NCBI GenBank assembly: GCA_002189035.1
Contig: NEEC01000016.1
Coordinates: 1,674,001-1,738,000, forward strand
Direction of reading: 5' to 3'
Length of the DNA: 64,000 nt
Origin: Utricularia gibba
Lineage: Eukaryota > Plantae > Magnoliophyta
How positions within the stretch are numbered: position 1 is the stretch's first letter; the number at the start of each line of letters is the position of its first letter. Of the stretch, positions 51,471 through 61,817 are shown piece by piece. The position numbers and the translations under genes are program-made. The notes beneath the pieces are model-generated. The model was not told where the DNA came from, did no database searches, and saw only the letters and a list, made by a program, of their open reading frames with translations.

Positions 51471-52356
51471 TTTTAAAAAAAATTAATGATAATAATTTAT
51501 TATATTAATATTTAATCTCACTAAAATTACCTTCTATAAGTAATCCTTTAGCTATTTTCACACTTAAGTTGTTATAATTATTTAAAGATAATGATAATTG
51601 AAGACTCGAAAATATACTTACAATATAATTAATTATTACAAATATAAAAAAATAGATAGATATTAACATATGTAATAAAATAAATATCTTCATAATTGAT
51701 ATTTGGCATATTGATGTAAGATTCTGAAAAAATATACGAACTTTCACCATCATTGTAAGTCAAATCAAATGACATTCCTAAAAATTCAAAAAACTTCTAA
51801 TGTATTTATTCATTCTAAAATAATAAAACAAGTATATATAATTAATTATTATATAAGTATTACAAAAGATCAAAAATTTAAATAGATAAAATTACAAAAA
51901 AAAATTATATTACTAAAATTTTCAACTTAGATTCTACTCAACTCTAAAAATGAATAAAAAAACTTGTGAAGATATAAGATATATATAAAAGAAATATGGA
52001 CATAACAAATCTAAAGTGCAATCAATGATAATGAATTCTCTAAGGCATGCAATGATGGCACCACCTATTCCCCATAACAAATCACTATTAATAACAACAC
52101 ATAATATTATTAATATAATATTTTTACTCATCAATATTATTTATGTTAATTTTTCTAGGAGGATCATGCGATGAACTAGGAGCAAAGCTGACTGAAAGAG
52201 CACTCATCCAGGCAATAGTTTGTGACGATTTCTCAAGACGGGGGAATGAAAGGGGGCAGGAGGAATCAATGAGAGGATATCCCTTCAAATCCTGGATGTC
52301 TTTTTAACTCGGCAGGACAAGGCATGAGATTAACTGCTGCGGAGAACCAAAAAGGA

Positions 52357-52949
52357 TCACTGCTGTTTCACTTCAGCCTTCTTCTTCTGCCAGAGTCTGT
52401 CCAGAGCACTGTCAGCTTCACCCTGGAACAAGAGCATCCTCAGTCCAGGCCAATGAGAATAACAAAAGCTTTTGCAGGCGTTTAGTGACCACAATTCCCA
52501 AATGTGGAATCTTTCAACCAAAGGTAGAGGTTATTGATGCTTGACTGCTAAAAACAACCGAGGATTCAAAAGCACACGACAGACAATATATACAGACAAC
52601 ACGAGTGCAGCAAGCATATATATCCACAACAAGCTCATAGCGTAATTCCAGGCACGACAGGCAACAGAGAGACAACGATCATACCTGTGCACGAATGAAT
52701 CCACAGAGTGCGAAAGTGGAGAACTGTCCAGTGTAACGGCCAGTCTCATCCAAGTGCCCAATGTTGATCTGGACAGAAGCATGGTCCTTGGAAGTGATCA
52801 GCCTATTTGTCGCGGAGCTGCATACGAAAAACAAGGGATTCGGGTGGGATATCCGCCAGGCATACTTGATATGAAAACAAAAATAAGGGGAAATGCATAC
52901 CACTTCCTGGGGATGTAAAGATCCATATTTTGTCCTCCTCGTTCTGCAT
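52357..52949 (-). CDS. RPS21: 40S ribosomal protein S21 (eS21); exons 52949-52901, 52817-52685, 52422-52357; one G missing in codon 6
   Basis: MQNEE(G)[76 protein letters not shown]. Exon 1 is 49 nt instead of 50. Splice sites are canonical and the rest is fully conserved. Confidence 0.92.
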
Positions 52950-53338
52950 CTTAGATAAATCTTTTAACAGACAGGAATAAAGTCACACCGAATCACTACA
53001 ACCTGAAGCAACACGATCAAGTTACCATAAAGTCCACTAATACAAGAACAGTAACGACGACTGAACTAGCGCTTACGCAAACACCATTGAATCGAAACAT
53101 TGCTTGAAATCGAAAAAGACAACGACAAATTACGAAACTTCAAGAGCAGATTCAAACGCCAGAACTTACGGGCATTAAAATTAAACTGCATACTTTGGCC
53201 AAATTAACCAAAGGCAAAAACACACAGAACAGCATATAATGAACACAGGAAAAACGGATACATGCGAGGAGTAATAATTTACCGGACAAGAAGACGAATT
53301 GCAGAGACGACGGCCGCGACGGCCGAAAGACATCGCCC

Positions 53339-53373
53339 TTTATATAGTTGGGTGGGATGAAACAGAAACCCTA
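53339..53373 (-). promoter_or_regulatory. RPS21 core promoter: TATA box and telo-box
   Basis: CTATATAAA on minus at 53339-53347; AAACCCTA at 53366-53373, typical of plant ribosomal protein promoters; a 5'UTR intron donor near 53282. Confidence 0.7.
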
Positions 53374-53681
53374 GCTGCAAATAACTGAAATTATCCCAAA
53401 ATCAAATTACACTCTTTTCTTTAAAAAAAAAAAAAACAATTATACTACCCCGTATGTTTGGGCATCATCGTATTCAACGAAGTTAGAATGCAGCAGAAAC
53501 TTTGGGTGCTTTCTGTGTTTTGTTGGTTACGTGACTTCATGCCGTAAGGCTTCAGTGAAGCATCGGTATATGTAGTATATACCTCACAGACATTATTTTT
53601 TATTCTCATGGAAGTTTTCCGAGTCTTAACACAGGATTGGAAGAAAAGCAGGTGGTCACAGACATTGTTAGCTGATTGTAT

Positions 53682-56417
53682 CTACAGTCTGCTCTTGGCC
53701 TTGGAAGCAGCAGCAGCAGGAGCCTTGAAGCTGGCGATCCCAGTGATCTCACGTCCGGTGACCAGAGTGTTGATGTCGTAGGTGCCTTCGTAAGTGTAAA
53801 TGGGCTCCAAGTCACAGAAGGCCTGAACAAGTAAGAAGCATGAGGTTAACAAAGAAACTGTAACAAAAATTGGGCAATGTGGAGGTTCAGGTTGAAACCT
53901 TTGCCACTAGAAAATCGGCTAAGATTCCATTGCCGCCAAGCAGCTCCCGCCCAAGAGACACAGTTTCCCTTGCTTTGGAGCTGATCCATGACTGAAGGGC
54001 GGTATGCGAAGATCATGACATGTCAAAAGGCTATCGTGCCCACATTTGATGAAAAACGAAAGAAGGAGCGAGCGGGTTCTGACCTTGCCCAAGCTGGCAT
54101 GGCCAGGAGTCATCTTGCCACTCTCGTAGAGTTTGCAGAGGCGCCAACCAACGAGAAACATCGCCTGTATGTTGCCCAGCATCTGAACCAGTTTCTGCTG
54201 ATTGAGTTGAAAAGCAGCTAATTGAGCACCAAACTGCTTCCTCTCCTTCAAGTACCTTTTAGCACAAATGATCAGGTTCAAGTTTAGAGTATACAGCTGC
54301 TGGTTGCATAAGAGAGCAAAACAACAAAAAACTACGCTGGCAAGGGGATGGTCGAATTTGATGGTTCCTAAATTACCTATGGCACATATCATAAACACCC
54401 ATTGAAATTCCAATTGGCTGCCAGGAAACCATGACCCGAGAAGCTGCAAGAACCTGGCTCCAGAAATGAGGAATCATATGAGAATACAATATGGGACTAA
54501 GAAAATTTTGTAAGAGAGTAAACTTAAGTTCTTCAGCCTTGCAAGGATACCTTGTTGGTGTCCTGGAAAGAATCAACTCCGGGCAATCTATCTTCATCGG
54601 GAACAAAGACATTCTTCAATAGAATATCTCCATTTTGAACGATTCTGAGGCCAATCTTGTTCTCGATTTTGGTAGCTTGTAAACCAAGCGCATTCTTCTT
54701 CACAATAAACCTACAACAGATGTAAATCAATAATATACACATGATGAACACGGTAAAAGTTGTTTACAGCAATCAAAAATGGTTGAGTCAAGCAATGAAC
54801 GAGTGTTATCATTTTTCACTCACCCGTTTATCTGATTCGTAGAAGTGTTTCTTGCGAAGACAACTAAAATATCTGCAAATGTGCTGTTTCCTATCCAACG
54901 TTTCTGGCCATTGAGTATCCAACCTCCTCCAACCTGATTATTAGAAGAATCATATGACAGGGCAAGTTAAGTTGTATACAAAAAACAAAAAATCGACAGT
55001 CTCTTAGCAATTGAATATCAATGAAATGAGATAATAATTCAAAAGCTAGACCTTTGTTGCGGTTGTTCCCAAACCACTAGCATCACTCCCATAGTCAGGC
55101 TCTGTCAGAGCCTACACAACACAGGGTGGCAGATTTAGAAATGCAAAATGACGAGAGTAAAAAAAAAAACAAATGAATAGACTTGGATTTTAAACTCACC
55201 CAACATGCTATGGTCTCCAGTGATGCAAGAGATGGTAAATACTTCTTCTTCTGCGCCTCCGATCCACAAAGTGCTATCCTTGAAAGATGGTTACAATGTA
55301 AAGATTATCACCAAATAGGAGTCTCAACCAAAGTAAACACTACATCTCCCAAAAGAAAACAAACAAAGATGGAACAGCGCCCGAACTCACCAATAGTCAT
55401 CATTCCTAAAGATGAATGAACCAATATGAATGTTGAACAGCTTGCATCAACTCTTGCAACTTCTGCAGTGGCAACCGCACTTGCGGTAAGGCTTAATCCA
55501 GGGCACCCATAACCCTGTAGAAGCCAAGTTGGATCCCAAAACGCAAAACTGATGCATAGTAATCCTTGGAAGTGGCAAAGAGAATCGAATGAAAACCTTG
55601 ATAGTGCCACCGGAAACACCAAGTGCGCCTAATTTTGGTACAACTTCAAAGGGAAATTCTGCCTTCTCCCAGTACTGCCAAGAAACGATTTAGGAACACT
55701 GAGTCAAAGGTGCTTTTTCCCAATAAACAAAAAAGATCAGAAGTGAAGAATAATAAATTCAGAACTGTATGCATTGTTAACTGCAACATCAGCACAGGAA
55801 AAAAAAAAAAAAACACCTTTGCCGCTATTGGAGCTACTTCTTTTTCCATGCATTCTCGTACTCTCCTTCTAAGAGCTTGCTCCTCGGGAGTCAACAGATC
55901 ATCAAATTGATAATAGTCCGAGGCTGTAATCCACAAATTTTAATTAAGTGCCCTGCCCCACAAACGACTCAGGGATCAGAATTCGAACAGGCATAAAAAG
56001 AAAAGGCAAGATTACCGCACGGGGGGAAAATAGAAGCTGGAGTTGCTTGAGGAAAAGCGATCTGAACATCTATGGCAGGCGAATTGAAGTAGTTGCTCCT
56101 TACCTCCGCAGGCATATTCGCTGCACATAATTAACCGGTCATATCAATGTGCGAAGCCGCATGCCCAAACCAGACAGCCAGATCACAATTAACGAGTTAC
56201 AAGGAGCATCAACAGCACATACAAAACAGAAGGAAAAACCTCAGTCTAAAGCCCTGGAGACACGCCAAATAAAACCAGCGAGAAACCAGTAGAAACGTCA
56301 GCTTGTTACAGATGCAGAAAATATGACGTGGAAGAACCGTCAGAGCTGGAAAGACGGATATATAAGAGAAAAATGGAAGCAAAATCAGATACGAACACCG
56401 GATAGAATTGTGACCAT
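53682..56417 (-). CDS. ACX4: Peroxisomal short-chain acyl-CoA oxidase 4, 13 exons: 56417-56399, 56120-56016, 55923-55817, 55674-55597, 55514-55391, 55273-55200, 55111-55052, 54933-54824, 54710-54551, 54453-54377, 54255-54084, 53991-53899, 53822-53682
   Basis: [80 protein letters not shown] and a C-terminal SRL PTS1. Splice phases consistent; the first 19-nt exon is the least certain. Confidence 0.95.
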
Positions 56418-57035
56418 GACAGCTTCCGGCACACAGTTTTCATTAAAAACAACCAGTAGATTCGACACAAAGATTAGGCCTAGGGAGTAGCGGCAGCAGC
56501 AGTAAAAAATAGATGAAATTCACCTGATCCAAATGCTGAATCCAAAGACGAACGCTTTTCAACTTCTTTACATCATCCTAATCCCAAATCCAGGAGGCAC
56601 TTCTTTTCCCATCCATTCCGCCATGTTTCCGGTTCCGATTTCTTCTACAAAGCAGTGCCGTACGCTAAAGTTCATTGAATCTAGAGGTGGGCACGGATCC
56701 GACTCGGCCGATCACGCGTCGGACCCATCGAGTTGAAAATGAAATCTCTGATCCGTCCCAAGTCACGGGTTACACGGGTCAATAATTTTTTTTTAATTTA
56801 ATAATATTAGACATATTCATTGAAATCCTCGTCATCCTAATGAAAACACATACTTTTCACAGTGAAAACACACACTGCAATTCGCCGCTCGACACACTGC
56901 AAAGCAATTTCACCATTTTGTACATCGTCGCAAAAATTGCCCGAAAAGCTTGAAGGCGCACGTTGGCAAGGAGCTGGAGAAAAGGTTTGTGAGGTGGTAG
57001 TTGAGATTTTGAAGGTTCAACACACGTCGGAGACG

Positions 57036-58818
57036 ATGCGCACATCAGATAAATTGTGGTTGCGGTTCATAATGCCCGACAACTTCTTCCTATGGGATAA
57101 GGAGGATGAGGAGACCATCGATGGTGACCTTCCACTGCGGGTTGGACCATTGGGGTTTGCGGTTAGTACGGAACACTTTCGATGTGGCCTAAGATTGCCC
57201 ATTGAGCCATTTTTAGCTGAATTATTGAATTGTCTAGAAGTTCTCTTGTCTCATTTAACTCCTCGTTCGGTCGCATATGTTTTATCATTTATGAGCATGT
57301 GTGTCGAAGAACACCTTGTACCTGCTCTTCCAGTGTTTTTCGCAGTTAGCATATGTAAGAAAAATTGGAGAACCAATCACTTCTCACTGAAAGGAAAGCC
57401 AGGTATAACATTGGTAGAAGATGTGCATAGTGGGTATAATGATTGGTGGACCAGTTTCGTGTGGGTGTCCTCTTCGGAAGAATTAGATTTTCCCACACGA
57501 CTTGAGGCTACTTCTACTGTTGGGAAGGCAAAGGGTATGGCTTTTTTTGCGTATCACAAGTAAAACACTCATTCCAAATTTATTTTACTCACTTAATACA
57601 TTTATTGTAGGGTTTGAGAGGATACCCCAAGAAGGAGTAGATGCGCTCCTTGATATTTTCGGTAACAAGAGTAGATCTTTGAATGATATATTGCCACCAT
57701 ATGTCAATGCCATAGGGACTCGTCACTTTTGGTGTGGTCAAATTAGGGTATCTCGTAAATGCCCACAAGTGCATGTTGAGGAAGTTGATGAGGAGGCTGT
57801 AGGAGAGTCTAGTAATAGCACTCAAGTCCATCACGAGAGTCAGCAGATAGATATTAGTCATCTACTAGAAAAAAATAGATCACTTCGTGAAAAATTGGAG
57901 TGGTATGAGAGTCGATGGATATATGGTGGCCCTTCAACCGCTGTTGTGGAACCTCCTAGGAAGTTAATTGTGTTAGATGTGAATGGTGTGTTGGCTGATA
58001 TTGTGTTTCGAGGTCGCTCTCAAAGACCGCCACGGAAGCCTTATACAGTCATCTATGGTAGATATGGTAAGGTGAATGTAATTACTTCAGTGCTTGTACA
58101 CTATATGACTCTGATGTAATGCTTTGTGTTTCTAGTTTTTATAGTTTTCCTATGACCTCATGCCTGACAGTTCATTGAGTGGTGTATGGAGCACTTTGAC
58201 ATGCGGATATGGTCATCACGGGGCGTATAATGTTGACATCACAAAGTTTTTTGATATGGGTGACTCATGTTAAAACTCTATTATAGGGCACAACTTCATG
58301 AGATAGTGAAGTGGGTCTTTGGCTCTACGGAAGCCAACAGTTTGGCTTTTGTATGGGATGCCTCAAAAACGAGTGAAACAGATGTGCGTGCTCATGACAA
58401 TCGTGCGAAGAATGTGATGCTAAAAGAGTTGGAGCACTTATGGCATCCAGATGTAGGATTTGAAGGAAAGTACCATAGTAACAACACACCTCTTATTGAT
58501 GACTCACCATTCAAGTCAATTAGGAATCCAGTAAGTGATTGTAATTCTCTAAGCATTATATGTTACACTCTTGTGTTAACATACTTACTAGTTGCAACTT
58601 GTGATGTTCAACAGCGTGATAATGCCATCTTTCCTATACCGTACACCCATAAGAATACGGAGGAAACTGCCTTGGCTAAAAGAGGTGAGATACGAGACTT
58701 CTTGAAGGGGCTGTTGGTGACCTCAAGTGTGCCAACTTTCGTGAATGAGCATCGTGTAGGACAAGCCCCATTGGATTCTGACCATCCACTATGGGATCAC
58801 TACAAGTCACTTGCTTGA
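57036..58818 (+). pseudogene. Cargo gene: Transposase_28-like domain fused to an FCP1/NIF HAD phosphatase-like domain; exons about 57036-57534, 57611-58066, 58145-about 58226, 58287-58530, 58615-58818
   Basis: GLRLPIEPFLAELL..LTPRSVAYVLSF..DWWTSFVWV, then LIVLDVNGVLADIV, VFL*PHA*QFIEWCMEHFDMRIWSSR, FVWD, LKELEHLW, NTPLIDDSPFKSIRNP, AIFP, GQAPLDSDHPLWDHY. Three of four introns are phase-consistent GT-AG. TGA stops at 58153 and 58165. The start may lie further upstream (ORF open from 56862). Confidence 0.82.
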
Positions 58819-58999
58819 TATGGTATGAAACATAGCATATGTTGAGAGAAGATACACCAGCCACACTTATTTCTAAATTTCAAGACCATGCTTGTGGTGT
58901 GTTTTCCATTGGAACATTGATTTTGTTTTACAGAATATTCGTAATGCAATTCTACCTCTTTATGTTTATGATGCTCGTAATCATTGAACCCTCTTCATG

Positions 59000-59600
59000 T
59001 CCAGGCACTACAATGAAGTGTTTGCGGTGCCTGGTGAATATTGAAGCCTCTGTCTTCCAGGCACCGCAGAGGCATGTTCACTGTGCCTGGACAACACTGA
59101 GGCCTCTAGATGTCCAGGCACCACAATGGCATGTTTGCAGTGCCTGGACAATATTGAAGCCAATGTCTACGAAGCACCACAAAGGCATGTGTTACGGTGC
59201 CTGGAGAATATCGAAGGTAGTGCCTTCCAGGCACCGCAATGGCATGTTTGCGGTGCGTGGACAATATTGAAGCCAGTGTCTATGAGGCACCGCAATGACA
59301 TGTTTGCGATGCTCCGACAATATTGAAGCCAGTGTCTATCAGGCACCACAATGGCAGGTTTGGGGTGCTTCGACAATACTGAAGCCATTGTCTATCAGGC
59401 ACTGCAATGGCATGTTTGCGGTGCCTGGACAATATTCAAGCCAGTGTCTATCAGGCACTGCAATGGCATGTTTGCGGTGCCTGGACATGAAGAGGCTTCA
59501 ATGTATTCCAGGCACCGCAGGGATGTGATTGCGGTGCCTGGAAGGCATTGAAGCCTCAATATTGTCCAGGCACCGCAAACATGCTATTGCGGTGCCTGGA
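59000..59600. repeat. Tandem array of 11 palindromic units, 56-bp period, consensus CCAGGCACCGCAA-TGGCATGT-TTGCGGTGCCTGG plus a constant linker
   Basis: Units start near 59001, 59057, 59114, 59170, 59227, 59283, 59339, 59395, 59451, 59508, 59566; the last unit and its linker are inverted. Confidence 0.92.
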
Positions 59601-59788
59601 AGAGATACTCAAGTGTTTTTATGCTTGTGCACTGCCAGAAAAATTTCACATGACATTACAAGTTTCCCCTCCACCTTATTTTAGGCTTGGGACTGACTGT
59701 GTCCAAATGTGGACACTGGCGGAGTTAAAAACTTGTGTTTCGGTTAGTACACGTATGAAATAGCAAATGAATAAATAATATGGTAAGG

Positions 59789-61817
59789 TCACTCATTCTT
59801 AGAGGTGGAACTCCCTTCACCACCATCATCATCGTCCATGTTGTCTTCAACAAAGGCTTGCATCCTCTGCTCTACAACTATCCAATCCTTTAAACAAACA
59901 CATGCTTCAAGAGTGGCCCCGGTCAAGCTTGACCTTCTAGGAGTGAGAATCCTACCACTCAAGCTGAAGGCGCTCTCTGATGCCACGGTAGATGCTGGGG
60001 TGCCAAAACATCTCTAGCCACCTGTGCCAATGTAGGATACACTGCAACTTGTGATTTCCACCAATTCAAGACGTCAAAGTTATCACCCTTAGCTTGGAAC
60101 TGGTGGGTTGCATTGTATAATGCCATCTCGCTGGCCTTGGTGATCATGCTAGGAGATGCCGAAATCATGGAGTAATAATCATCTGCAGAAGAGGAGATAC
60201 CTCTATGCAACTCCTCACTCCCAACCCGCGTATTGGACGCTTCACGCTCATATAAGTCATGCAAATAGGTTAAGGCATCTAAAGCAGAGGTATACATTTT
60301 TTTTTGCATCCGGCTTAATATTAGGAAGTCCAAGAGATGTAAAATAATCACAAAACAAATTTAAACCAGTTTGCAAATCGGCTGCCTTCACCCTGGGATC
60401 AAGCATGTTTGCAACCAGAAATAATGTAGGTATAGTCTCAAAATATTTCATGAATTTATGAACCATAAATTTTACAATATCAGAGACCAATTCCACTTTG
60501 AAATATTTTTTAAATGTAGAGACTATGGCAACAAGGGTAGACAACACAACATGTGTGGTAGGATAGTAAACACCACTAAATAACCTAGTGTATTTATGAA
60601 AAATCGAAAGCAAGTCAACCAATATGTGAAACTTAGCATACACATCATCATCAATCACAATATGTAGATCGGTATGCGTAGATAAAAACAATGAAACAAC
60701 TTCTCTATAAGGAATAAAAGATTGAAGCATGAAAAACGTAGAATTCTAGCGTGTGGGCAAATATGTTTTTAGAGTTCAGAATGGTAGACCCTTTAACTCA
60801 CATAGACGCTTGAACGATGCCCTTTTTGTACTAAACATCTTCACATGATAAACTATCCTACGAACACTAGCCAAAGCAGCCTCAATATTATTTTCATTTA
60901 GTGCATCTTGTACACATAAATTCAAAATATGGCAAATGCATCTTGACCTAAAGAAACACCCACCTAAAACGGGATTCATAGATGATTTCAACATGGATGT
61001 TGCAGTAGTGCTATTGGAGCCATTATCAAGATTTATATTAAATACACGATCAATAATTGAATACTCAATACATATGGAAGTAACAAGTTCGGCAATTTGT
61101 GCTCCTTTGTGTGGAGAATCCAAAGGTCTAAAACCAAGAATTCTGTTTTGTATAAACCAATTGCAATCAATCCAATGAGTAGTTACAACTAAATAATTCT
61201 CACCATTAATACCATGCCAACCATCACAAGTTAAACCAAATTTGCATTTCATAGATTGAAAATCAGAGATCAAACGAGATTTTTTTTTTTCAAATTGTTT
61301 AAATGCAATTTGAACAGCTTTTCTCCTAGACATGGGAGCAAATCTAGGTTGCAATATAGATTGATAAAAATATCTAAAAAATGGATTCTCTACCTCTACA
61401 AAGGGCTTTTCACTCGCAATCAATGTAAGTACATAATCAATTTGAGCAGCATCAAGATCAAATGAAAAGGTTGAAACATGTCCATGCATAACATTTAAAG
61501 TAGGTTGTCTCAATGAAATATGTGCCTTGTCTATATGCTTATTTCTAATGTGGCTAATGAAATTAGAAGTTGAAATGTTCATGCCACTTGTCGTGATTGA
61601 AATATGTGCCCTTACCATGGTCATACACCATTCCACAATACTTACAACATACCTTTTTGGCCTCCTTGTCGTGATTGAAATGTTCATGCCACTTGATGCA
61701 TGAAGCATCTCGTTTTTTTGAGGTAAAGGAGATATCTTCCCCATCACCTGACAATTCAATATCACACTCGGGATGTTGCTCGTGTGAAGGTGTCACACTT
61801 TGATGTGATTCTTCCAT
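59789..61817 (-). pseudogene. hAT transposase (BED zinc finger, DDE core, dimerisation domain), frameshifted
   Basis: WHEHF..CKYC..TSNFISHIRNKH; LTCDGW, YLVVTTHWID, RCICHILNLCVQD; MLDPRVK; WWKSQVAVYPTLAQVARDVLA; ASESAFSLSGRILTPRRSSL..LEACVCLKDW. Split over several frames. Confidence 0.92.

Larger units (their letters stand above)
45432..52155. mobile_element. Mutator-like element (MULE) with both TIRs, carrying a PMD gene and a transposase
   Basis: Flanking direct repeat TAGGAGGATCA at 45421-45431 and 52156-52166. About 50-70 bp imperfect AT-rich TIRs (AAAAATTAAAATAAATAATATT...ATTATATTAATAAT versus the reverse complement of 52105-52155). Confidence 0.85.

Noticed and set aside
59000-59600. 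CRISPR-like look of the palindromic repeat array
   Set aside because: Linkers are copies of one sequence rather than unique spacers, there are no cas genes, and the context is a eukaryotic transposon.
58839-59763. Cys/Trp-rich short ORFs over the array
   Set aside because: They are translations of the 56-bp repeat in several frames at once, with no protein family signal.
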